Part shown: one piece after another, positions 11,222-22,400 of the stretch
How positions within the stretch are numbered: position 1 is the stretch's first letter
How the letters are laid out: every line of letters begins with the position of its first letter
Assembly: GCF_000143415.4 (NCBI RefSeq)
Contig: NW_003314272.1
Coordinates: 1,150,184 to 1,214,183 of the forward strand
Source: Selaginella moellendorffii
Taxonomy: Eukaryota; Plantae; Lycopodiophyta
Direction of reading: 5' to 3'
DNA length: 64,000 bases
Translations under genes and position numbers: made by a program
The notes under the pieces: model-generated
Seen by the model: the letters and a program-made list of their open reading frames with translations, nothing else
What the model was told of the DNA's origin: nothing
Databases searched by the model: none

Positions 11222-14200
11222 ATGGATCAGCGCCCCGCCAGTACGTCTTTCTCTCCCTTTCTCGCGTCGCAGTTCTTCCTCCTCTCGATCGAGCGCCATT
11301 TCCGAGCTGATCGCCAGGAGGATGAGAAATGACAGATCTTTCTTCTTTTTTCGTTTCCTCTTCGCGATCGAAGCTAACATCGTTCTTCTCCAGCGGCGCC
11401 GGCGTCATCGCTCTCGGAGATACGCTTTGGATTGCTGTCCCCGGCGGATATTGTGAGTTTCAAGCGCTTTGTTTTTTTTTCTCCCTCTGACTCTTCCTCT
11501 CCTCGTTGTGTTCCAGGTCAGTCTCTCCGTTCGCTCTATCAGCAAGCCTGCAGATGTTAGCGATCCCTGCCTCGGACTTCCTTGCATTCGTGGGAGCAAG
11601 TGTTTATCGTGTGGAGCGAATGAGCCAAAGGAATGCCCGGGTAGGCATTCTTTTCATGTTTTCTTTTCTCTGTTCTTTCTTTGTCTAACTGGATCCTTTT
11701 TCCAGGCCATTTTGGTCGCTTGGAGCTCGTAACCCCGGTCTACCACCCAGAGCATTTGCGAAAGCTTTGCAAGGTTCTGGGGATGGTTTGCTTGAAATGT
11801 GGCAAACCGAGGAAGAAGCCCGGGAGGAAAGAGGAAGAACTGGACGTAAAGGAAGAGAAAGACGAAGAGGATGAAGCGAAGCAACAAGAACAGACGGCAG
11901 CTGAGAAGGGAAAAGCTATAGTGAAACATAGCTCGTGTCCCGCTGAAGCGAAGCAACAAGAACAGACGGCAGCTGAGAAGGGAAAAGCTATAGTGAAACA
12001 TAGCTCGTGTCCCGCGGGGATCAACGATCCAACTATTTCCTACTTCACCATATCCGATAGCGAGGACGAAGGGCTTTTCATTGTGGACATAATGGCTGAA
12101 GATGCCAAAAGGGTACTTTCAACTGACCTGCATTCCTTGTTCACTGTAACGTAACATCTTTACAGGCCCGCTGCGAGTTTTGTGATGGAAGCTACAAATA
12201 TCCCAACGTTAGAGTCCTTTCAATGAAGTTCCAGAAGTATCGGATTGAAGGAATTCGTATGGAGTGTCCAGGCACGAAACCTCCTCCGAATGGGTACTGG
12301 AACTTTCTGGGAGGAGCTTTGAAGGGACGTCGGAAAGTGAAACTGACTCCCATTCAGGCAAGTTTGCTGTGATTATTTCTAGTCGTTTATGTTACTGTTA
12401 TTATCTGTGGAAACTCTAGGCACTATCAATCCTGAAAAAGGTCCCAGCGAGGGTCTTACCCGGCGTAGATGTTGAGGCGTTCGTGCTGGAAATGCTTCCA
12501 GTTCCTCCAAACTGCATGCAGTCTTTACTAGACGTGAGTAGTTCCTCTATTCGTCTTTCTTGTGTTTGCAATTAACAAAGCAACAGCCGAGGACTGGAAA
12601 CGTCTCATTTTCAAGCAGTGGAGCGATTCAGACACTGCGGAAGGTCGTGATGGAGAATGCAAAGTTCGTTGACAGCTCGCCGAAAGCTTTGAAGACAAAA
12701 TGGAAGACTCTGCAACACCTCATCTCGCAGTATCTGCGCCTGAAAGGCTGCCCAAAGGTATTCCTCTTGTGTATTTTATCCGTTGACACTATTCGCTGAT
12801 AAACATTGATCTATACAGATACGTAATAATCTCGAGCCTTTAACGAGGCCAGGAGTGACTGTGAAATGCGCCGAAATCTGGAAGAATAACGTGACTGACA
12901 CTATCTTGTCGAAGATGACACAGTACTGTGCCATTGCGCTGCTCACTGGCGACGCTTACCTTGGTGTAGAGGAGATTCTCATCCCGGATGAGATATCTAG
13001 GCAGGTGACGCTGCCAGAACGAGTGACAGGTTTCAACGCTGACAAGCTTCAAGCAATTGTCAACGACTTACAGGTATGCTTAGCATGTTTGTATTGTTTT
13101 GGATTCGATTTTCGTAAGTACCAGGTCGGTTTCATCGAGCAAAACGGCGTCACTTGTGACCTGCGAGGCCAGTCCGCTGAGAGAAGGCAGTTGGAGATTG
13201 GAGCTGTCGTTCATCGCCCTGTGCGGGACGGGGATCTTGTTTTCGTGAGCAGGCACCCGGCGGTTTACAAACACTCAGTCATAGCGCTGATTGCAAGGAT
13301 CCATCCCGGGAAGTCTTTCAGAATCAACCCTTTGGTGTGCTCTCCTCTCAAAGGAGACTTTGATGGAGACCGGCTGCACGTTTACTTCCCGCAGGCCGAG
13401 GATGCAAGAGTGGAGACGAAAGAGCTTATGGGACTGAAGCAGCAGTTTCAGGCGTTGTCAAGCGGAAATCCGGTGATAAGTTTGACGCAAGACATGCTAG
13501 TTGCAGCGTACATACTGGTTTCGAGGCACATCTTCTTTACAGCTCCACAAATGCAGCAGCTGGCTCTTCACGCTGATCGGTGGTCGCTACCAGATCCAGC
13601 GATTGTCAAGCCACTGGCGCTGTGGACAGGTTTCCAGGCATTTGGACTGTTACTGCCTTCGGAGTTGGCATTCTCCACGAGGACGGGAGTCTTGATTTCC
13701 GACGGGGAGCTTGTTACAGCCGGTGACGATGGTAGCTGGCTGGGAGGGGGAACCGACTCTTTGTTACGTGCTATCCACGAGAAGTTTGGTGTCGCAGAAG
13801 CAATAGGGTACCTTGATTCCTGTTGCTCGATGCTGAAAGAGTTCCTACATATCGAAGGCTTCAGCATTGGCTTGGGAGACTTCAACGTCAGCGACAGGCA
13901 GAGAGAAGCGATCTCGGAGCTTCTGGCGTATGCTAAAGAAAATTACGTGGAGGAGCAGGACTTCAGGGACGTTGAGCGGTGCCTAGAAGTTAAGATAAAG
14001 AACCAGACGAGGAGAGGGAACAGGCTGCATATGATGATGAAAGCAGGCAGCAAAGGGTCCGCGTCTTCGGCGAGAATTCACGTCGCCTGTTTAGGCGTCC
14101 AGGTTGTTCACGGTCGCTCGGAATTCATCGACAAGTCGTTTTGGAGTGGATTAGACCCGTCAGAGTTTTGGCAACACAGCGTGTGTACCCGAGCTACACT

Positions 14201-17200
14201 CTTGAAGTCATTGACGATGCACGACGCGGGGACGCTGGCATCGACCCTGATGAATCATCTGGAAGACGTGTATCTTGCCTACGATGGCACGGTTCGTCAC
14301 CGACAGAGTGAGCAAGTCGTTCAACTGGTCTATGGCAATGAGTCGGCTCAACCGGGTGAAGCCGTAGGGGCCCTTGCAGCGAGCTTCATTACGGAGCAAG
14401 CTTACGACACTGCATACGAGGATTTCAAGGTATAGATTTTGGACATTCATGTCTAGCGACTGAACTTTTGAAATTTTATCACCAGAAAACGCTGCAGTCA
14501 AGTGTTAACGAGGACAAAGTTACGATTTTAAGACTGGAAAGGTGTGGCATCAACAACTGCCACTGTTTGGAGAGGAGATTGTTGGAGCTCAAGGAACAGC
14601 TACAACCAGTTCACTTGAAGGAGATCACGAAGGAGGTGAAACTTGAGTACGCACCGACCATCGTGACTTATTGGCTTTGCCATTTCTCTCTGGACCTGGT
14701 ACTTTTTACTCTTTCTTTGAGCGTCTCTCGAAGTGCCGGTGTTTGGCAGGAGCGTGTCGAGGAGCTAAATTTGAATCTGGAATCCATTCGGCAGTTGATT
14801 CTAGGCCTCGATTTTTGCTGTGAAACTGTTCTGTCCTGTGGCAGTGAAGAAGCGTGCTTGCACGTTGCAGCAGCAGCTGACGGTGATGACATGGAAGACT
14901 CCTTGAACGTCTGGAACTACAAGCTCATACCGAAGCTCTTGGAGGTCTACGTTGCAGGTGATATGCCAAGTGTTTTGCTACCACGTTACAGATTTTTTGT
15001 GTTTTCAGGCAGCAAAGATGTTCAGTCCGTCACTGTCACTCGTGACGATCGTCAAGAGTTAGTTCTACAAGTGGCTGCCTCGTTTCAAACACTGGCAGGA
15101 CTCGGCCTGGACACTGTAGATTGGCAGCGATCTTCTCCATTCACTGTTCGGGAAGTATACGATACGTTTGGTGTTGAGGCAGCTTGTCAGTTTATCTATG
15201 AGGTGAGCTGATTATATTTATTTTTCAATTGCTTGTCCTTAACGCTTAGCAATCATGTAGAGGCTGATGACCATCACGAGCTCGGATGTTAATCCCAGCC
15301 ATGTTCGTCTTCTTGCGGATTATGCAACGCATACTGGAAATGTGCTTGGCTATACAAATTCAGGTTTTAAGGAATTTCTCAAGAGTACAGGCTCGTTGGC
15401 ACCATTTCAACGTGTAAGCACAATTTATACTTGTTTTTCTTCGTCTCTAACACTTGGCGAACAGGTTGCGGTGAATGAACTTGAAGCCGCCGCACAAAAT
15501 GGTCTCTGTGATCGTTTAAAAGGCGTGGTTTCGTCTACGGCTTGGGGAAAGCGTCCACCGATTGGAACATCCACCGACTTCAAACTTGTTTGGAAGGTAG
15601 GCAAGTTCGTCATCAAGCTCGTCATTTGACATTTGTTTTTGAAGATGGATGATCCGAGCTGGGTCAACGTAGACCTTTACAAGTTCCTTGAAGGAAATGT
15701 ATGCAAGCAGCCGCTCACACCAGCCATTGCCGAAGGCCGTAAAATGCTAAACAGTGAATGGGAGTCGCAGCCGCAGGGAACAACAGAAACTAATGGCTGG
15801 GACGTGCCATCAACAACTGAGAACCTGGACAGTGGATGGGGATTGTTAACCACGACAGCGAACGTTGACAATGGCTGGGGATCGTCAACCGCGACAGCCG
15901 ACGTTGACAATGGCTGGGGTTCTTCAACGACAACTGCTATTGGCGGAAGTGACTGGGGATCATCAGCGACTGACACTGTCAAGAATGCGACGTCGACTGT
16001 TAATGCCGACAATGGCTGGGAGGCACCAAATTCCGGTAACTCTCCTCATTATTGTTCTTCATAAAGTTTGAACAAACGCGTTTGCCTGAACTTAGGTGCG
16101 GATCAAGGCAATGGCTGGGAAACATCACGTTCAGGTAAATGTTTTCTCAATCTTTTAGAAAATTCAAACGAATCTACTTCTTCGAATTTAGGTGTGGATC
16201 AAGGCAATGGCTGGGGAGCATCAAGTTCAGGTAAACACCATTCATGGTTATTCATGTTAGAATATTGAACGAATGCATTCGTTTGAACTTCAGATGCGGA
16301 AGTTCAAATTGGCTGGGCGTCAATTCCCAGTACTGATCGTCCGGATGTAGCTGAAGGTCGCGAAGAAGTCTCCTGGAATACGGCCTTCAAGGATGACTCC
16401 AAGTTGGAAGAGCAGAGATCAAAAAGATCATTTGCTCCTCTTGGTTGCAGAAGGATTCCGAATCCCCATCTCTCAGGTTTCGTCTGATGCGTGATTTTGA
16501 GTTCAAATTATTTTTTCTTGTTTTCAGAGGTATGCAACGATGGCTGGTCGTCGGAACCTGCGAACAAGGATGAGGGAGGTGGTTGGGGACAAAGCTCAGG
16601 TACAACTTCCATGGTATCAAAGGAATATAGACTACAACTATGTTTTTGATTGTTTCAGAAGTGATCAATGGAAGTACCTGGGATTCAACCAGCTTTGACG
16701 CTCCTGCTCCTGCTGCTCAAGGTCGTGACAGCAGCGACTGGCTACGAAATGACGACCTGGAGCTGCAAGAAGAAAGACCCAAGCGTAAGTTTGCTCCTAC
16801 AGGAGCAAACACGATTCCTCTTGGCAAAAGAAGAGTTTTTCCAAAACTTGGCGTTGACAGTGCTAAACAGGACTCAGGTTAGTTTTCTTATTCTTCTACA
16901 CTTTCGACGGTTCCTCCAACATTTTTCTCCAGGCACCGATGCCAAAGATGTGGAAAATAACGAGGAAAAGAACGTAGACCACGGCTGGACAAACTCCGGT
17001 TAGTTTATTGCGTATATTGAAATAATATTGATGTTAAATTGACTTGGTTTTCGCGAAGGCTGGAGCCCTGTGAAGAACGACGACCAAGTAACGGTTGCAG
17101 CTGACATTCAAGTTGACGGCTGGGGAGAAGCTCCAAACTCAGGTCAGACTTCTATTCAAGATGACGGCTGGGCAGCAGCTCCAAACTCAGGTCAGCCTGC

Positions 17201-17974
17201 TCTTCAAGATGACGGCTGGGGAGCAGCTCCTAGCTCAAGTCAGTTTTCTACTCAAGATGACGGCTGGGGAGCAGCTCCTAACTCAGGTCAGCCTTCTATT
17301 CGTCTGATTTAGTCTTGTTCTTATGAAGCTGTTTGCGAAGGTGTGACGAGCAACGACGAAGAAGCCGCGCAAGCTCAGGGCTGGGGATGTAGTGCACCAC
17401 AAGAAATCGAAGGTGCTCCAAAGACTAGCGCATTGCACGCCCGGGACCGTCCCCCTCCGGATCCCTTTAAAAGAAAGTTCTGGATGGAGGTGGTGGAGGT
17501 CGTGAATCAAGCCAGAATTGTGCTGAGAAGGTAAGGAAAAACTCTCAATTCATCCATGGTGTTCTTATCTGCTCGAGCGTTCTCTCCAGTTACCGAAACG
17601 GCGATCGACTTTCCGAGGAGCACGAGACGGCCATCATGGAGAAAATTCTCGTCCATCACCCCTCGTACGACCAGAAAGCTGGAGCTGGTATCGATTTCTT
17701 GAAGGTAGAGTGACTCTCTCCCTCTGGATTGTGTCTGAACTTTAGACGCTATGTCTCCTCTCAGGTCGATCGCCCAGCGAAATTCTCCGACTCGAGCTGC
17801 TTCTTCGTCGTCCGGAAAGACGGCAGCGAGGACGACTTCTCGTACCACAAGTGCCTGCGATCGCTGGTCGAGAAGAGCTTCCCAGAGAACTATCTCGCCA
17901 AGTATGACGCATCGTGCCTTCCCAAGGACTGGATCAAGAAAGTGGACGATTCAAGTGGAGACAATGCAAGTTAA
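11222..17974 (+). CDS. NRPE1: RNA polymerase V largest subunit (NRPE1-like; Pol IV/V family)
   Basis: LSEIRFGLLSPADI; zinc site CLSC…CPGHFG; metal A loop CSPLKGDFDGDRLHVYFPQ; AGSKG; LEDVYLAYDGTVR; PGEAVGALAA; FGVEAA; WGKRPPIGT. The CTD has more than 15 GW/WG motifs and a terminal DeCL domain (HHPSYDQKAGAGID…CFFVVRKDGSEDDFSYHKC). Confidence 0.88.
11873..12015 (+). repeat. 72-bp in-frame tandem duplication within NRPE1
   Basis: EAKQQEQTAAEKGKAIVKHSSCPA is encoded twice, starting at 11873 and 11945. Confidence 0.95.
17113..17300 (+). repeat. Four 48-bp GW repeats in the NRPE1 CTD
   Basis: GACGGCTGGG..G.AGCTCC.A.CTCA.GTCAG repeated four times, encoding DGW(G/A)xAPNSGQ-like units. Confidence 0.9.
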
Positions 17975-18021
17975 GTTCTGAGACAATGCAAGTAAGTTTC
18001 GAGACAATGCAAGTTAAGTTC
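17957..18021 (+). repeat. Triple ~21-22 bp tandem repeat spanning the NRPE1 stop codon
   Basis: GAGACAATGCAAGT(T)AAGTT repeated three times. Confidence 0.9.
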
Positions 18022-18064
18022 TATCTTTGCTATATCACCTCCTATAGAGAAACGCGAGATCTCT

Positions 18065-19147
18065 TTAGAAGTAGAGGAAGCACAGGATCATGACACCGCC
18101 GACGAACAAGAGCAGCCGGGAGAGCAGCGTTTCCTGCTGGTCCGGGCGGAGCGGCGGCGGCAGGGGCCTCAGGTGGTGGTGGTGGTGGTGGTGACTGGCC
18201 GGCGGCGGCGGCGGCGTGTGCAAGCTCCCATACGGCAGCATGGCCGGCCCGGGTGGCGGCGCGTCGGGGAAGCCATGGAACTGGAGCCGGAAGAGCGATG
18301 GAAATAATCCAAATCCCGCGGAGAAAGTCACGTTGCCGAATCGCGCCGACGCTCCCGGCCCCGCGGCAGCTCCAGCCACGAAACCAATGCCGTATGGATC
18401 GTAGAGGCGGCGGGCGTGGTGGTGCCAGGCCGCGAGGCTGGCCTGGTGGTGGGGGTCCGAGGAGGAGCCCGACCTCTGGCCGGGGGGCCGAGATGGGATC
18501 TCCATCTCGGGCACCGAGCTGGTGGCGGGGTCGCGGTGGTCGGAGGAGGACTCCACGCAGCCTCGGCCATAGAGGGGGATGACTTTGTCCTCGTGGACGG
18601 GGGCCTTGCAAACCGGGCACTCCTTGCAGATGGATCGCAGCTGCGTCCACTTGTAGAGGCAGGGCCAGCAGAAGAGGTGGCCGCAGAGGGTGACGACGGG
18701 ATCTTGCGCGAGCTCCAGGCAGATGTTGCAGTCGAAGCTCCCGGCGGCTTGGTCGCGATCGTCGCCCTCGTCGTCCTCGTCGTCTCCATCGTCGCAATCG
18801 CGATCGCGGTCGAGGGTGGTGGAAGCTGTTTTGCTGCTGGCTGGAGGAGGAGGAGGAGGAGGAGGAGGAGGCTTGGTTCTTGATCCACCCGAGGTTCCCG
18901 GATGATCGTCGAGGCCTGGATGATCAGCTCTTACTTGGGCATTGCCTTGTGGATCTTCTTCTTCTTCTTCTTCTTCTTCCTCGCGATCGTGTTCCACTTC
19001 GTCGTCTCGAGCTCGTAGCTCCGCCTGGGACTCACCTGGCTTTGGGCGATCGCGAAGCTCTCCCGATCGATTGGAGGAAGAACTGGAATTGGACACCGCA
19101 GTGCTGCTGCCGCTCGCGTCCTCTGCTCCGGCGGGACTGTTCGTCAT
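18065..19147 (-). CDS. Tail-anchored C3HC4 RING E3 ligase (RMA/RNF5/RNF185 type)
   Basis: FDCNICLELAQDPVVTLCGHLFCWPCLYKW…CPVCKA…VIPLYGRG, IPSRPPGQR and a C-terminal TM. Intronless. Confidence 0.92.
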   Translation of the reverse strand: MTNSPAGAEDASGSSTAVSNSSSSSNRSGELRDRPKPGESQAELRARDDEVEHDREEEEEEEEEDPQGNAQVRADHPGLDDHPGTSGGSRTKPPPPPPPPPPASSKTASTTLDRDRDCDDGDDEDDEGDDRDQAAGSFDCNICLELAQDPVVTLCGHLFCWPCLYKWTQLRSICKECPVCKAPVHEDKVIPLYGRGCVESSSDHRDPATSSVPEMEIPSRPPGQRSGSSSDPHHQASLAAWHHHARRLYDPYGIGFVAGAAAGPGASARFGNVTFSAGFGLFPSLFRLQFHGFPDAPPPGPAMLPYGSLHTPPPPPASHHHHHHHLRPLPPPLRPDQQETLLSRLLLFVGGVMILCFLYF

Positions 19148-19485
19148 CCTCGCCCGCCGCCGCTACCATCGCTAGAGCTTCTCGTCCTCTTCCATCGCCA
19201 CGGCATTCTATCCTTCTTCGTAGATTTTTTTTTCCTTTGCCCCTTCAGCACAAACAGACGCATTTGACTGGCACGTCAGCGCTTGACTTCGCGGCGGTTG
19301 ACCGTGCAATACCGTTTATTTTGTCCAAATTATAGGCATTTCGAATATGCCCCTGGAGAGAGAGAAGGTAGCAATTAGGGTTCATGGTTCTCGCCCAGTG
19401 GCTCGCGATGGTGCTAGGTCGCGGGCCAGCGCCGAAGCGCCGATCGACCAGGTGATTCTGTGAAAGGTCGCGGCTTGGCAGGGCG

Positions 19486-22400
19486 ATGGCGTCGGCGGGC
19501 TTCGTCCTGGGCTGGAAGGGGGACGAGGACGAGGAGGTGGATATTGGCGGGTCGGATGAGGAAGCGCCAGGGATCGAGAGCGCAGGCGCTATTATTCCAG
19601 CAGGGGTCGAGAGCGCAGCCGCGAGGAGGATTCCAGCCGAAGATTTTGAAGCTGAGAGGAACAAGAGCGCGCCGAGTCCGTCGATATTTCGGGGAAATGA
19701 AAGGGAGCTCCCGCTTCCTCCTGGCGGTAAGCAGCGTCTCGAGAATCGTGCTCTTAATGGCGCTCCAAAGCTTGGAATGGAAGCTCAGGATAGTCGAGGC
19801 TGCAAGAAGGAAGCTGGCGCTGCGAGGCGGGCAGAGAATGCTAATGGCACGGCTGCTTCGATCAAAGGCAAGGAGCCAGTGGTGGAAGAGGAAGACGAAA
19901 CCATGGCATTTAAAAAGAGAAAGGTCGAATCTAGCAGCCTCCGGGATCTCAAACGCCGAAAAGACGGAGACTGGAGATCCAGCCAGTGGGTAGCTTGCGT
20001 GCTCTGCAAAAAGTGGCGAAGGTATGGCCAGAGTTTTATTTTTTTTTTCCATCTCTCTCGGCTGTACCAAACTTCTTGTCGGCAGGATTCCATTCGAGCT
20101 GACTGTGGAGAGGAGTACGTGGCACTGCAAGGAAAACGTCTGGAATTCCTCCATTGCAAGTTGCGAATGTCCACAGGTAGTTTGTTGTGCCTAAGATGTG
20201 ATTAAATTCTATGATGTGCAGGAGGAGGCGAGCACCTTTGACAACATGCCTACGATGCGGGTAGATTTCCCAAACACATTATGCATATCGGATGGCGTTT
20301 TACGGAGAACCTCCACGCCTCTGGACAAGTCTGCTGCTCCTGTACCAGATGATATGACCGTCGCAAGCGAGACGATCATCGGCAGCGCTACTGATGCCAC
20401 TGATAGAGCCGCCTCTCCTGCTGAAAACGGTGCCGCCGCTTTGGACGTTTCAAAGTCTGCTCTCAAGACGCTCACCCCTGAAGAAGGTGAAGCTGTAGCG
20501 AACCAAGATGTGAGCCCCTGTCAAGTCTGTGGTTTGGGGGGTCAAACCATGTAAGCTTGATAATTGATTTCTAATCTCGCCTCTAACTTTCAGTTCTTGC
20601 AGCTCCTGCTCTCTAACAGGATGCACGAGTAGATATCACTTTCACTGCTTGGTTCCTCCACTGACTTCTCGTCCTAGTGGAGGGTGGTATTGCAAGAATC
20701 ACAAAGTTGAATCAATATGGCTCTCGAGTGCTGAATGCGGGGATGGTGGTCAGATGTACTACGTGAAGTGGAGAGGTCGTGCTCACCTTTATGATAGCGT
20801 GCTCAGTGAAGCCGTAGTAGCGAAGCTGGCATCGAAGAAGCTGACTCATCTAAAGAGGAATGGAAAGGTATTTGCTTGTTTTTTGGATGCTTCTAAAGTC
20901 TGACATGCAGCATTGCAGTTGCTAGAGTGGCAGCCGAGCTGGACAGTGCCAGAACGAGTCATAGGAATGCGACAAAATGATTCGCAAGAGATAGAATGGC
21001 TTGTGAAATGGACTCAACTCGGTTACGAACAATCCACATGGGAGTCTGCCTCTGCAAGATTTTTATTGGAGGAAAAAGGGCGGCTTTTGATCGATGTGTA
21101 TGAGAAGTGGTGTGAAGTAGCGCGGCTGCGGGCTCGAGCTCCTCAGGCCGACAAGGTAACAATGTTTGCGTTCATACTAATGATAATATTTTCTCTTACA
21201 GGTTTCTGAAAAATGTGCGCGGCTTATAAAGCAACCTTCTTGGCTACAAAGTGTTTCTTTGCAAGACCATCAGCTGGAAATGCTAAACAATCTTCGCGAT
21301 TGCTGGTGTAAGCAGAAAGGAGGCATTGTCTTAAGTAATCCAATCCAGGTACATGGGCTATTTGTGTCCCGGCGTGATTAACTCGTTTTGCAGGAAGAAC
21401 CAGTTCCGGTTGTAGCCTTCTCAATCTCTTTGTGTCGGGAATTCAGAACAAAGGAGCCCATACTGGTGGTGACTTCTCCAGAGATGCTGCCGTTTTGGGA
21501 GAAGAAGCTTAAAGAGTGGACTCTTGATCTCAACGTAGTTATGTACTGTGGCACTCCTAATAGTAGGTACTTCATTCGACAGCATGAGTTCTCTCTGATC
21601 GAAGGCTGCGTCAAGCTACACATCGTGGTAACCACGTTGGATGTTGTGGGCTCGGTAAGCTTCCCCTTTTTATTTTTTAATAACCATTTTCATAATCAAT
21701 GCAGGATGTGGATGTGGACTTTCTTAAAGGGTTTAAGTGGTCCTGTCTATTAATTCATGACTCTCGTCGAGCTCGGAGAAGTATATACAAAAATTTGGCG
21801 AAGGTGTCTTCCAGTTTTTGTTTGCTTTTCTGTCCAGAGCCTTGGAAGGTAGTGTGTGCGTTGTCTCATTGTGTATACTCATTATTTCTTATCGTTCTTT
21901 CAGTGGGATTCCGAAGAGCGTCAACTTATTGCGGAAGTTCTTGGAAAAGATAAAAGCGTTGACTGGAAGGAGCTTGTGGCCTGCCAGCACAATGCTGAAC
22001 CTGTGAATGATCTAAGGGAATATTGGGTTCCGGCGCAAATGTCCCCTGTGCAGGTTCATCAGTATTGTTTGCTCATTGTAAAACACTTCGAGCTTCTGCG
22101 GTCTGGCAATATGTCTCAGGGGGATAATATTCTTCACGAACTTGTTTCTGTTCTTCGAGATGTAAGTTTTTTTATGTAATTATCTTCTGATAATATTCTT
22201 CTGTTTCTAGAGCAGTGTTGTAGTCATCCTTATTTGGTCTCGGAAACTTTGGTAAAATCTATCGGGGAGCTCGTTCCTAAGGGGGAGTGGCTTAATGCGG
22301 GGATAAGAGCGAGTGGCAAATTGGAGCTTATGCACAAGATGCTCTCGCACTTTTATCTGAACAAAAAGAAAACCCTTATCATTGTCCAGGTATCAAAAGT

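Noticed and set aside
15780-17300. Spaced repeats that superficially resemble a CRISPR array
   Set aside because: They are coding GW repeats of a eukaryotic polymerase CTD separated by introns; there are no cas genes.
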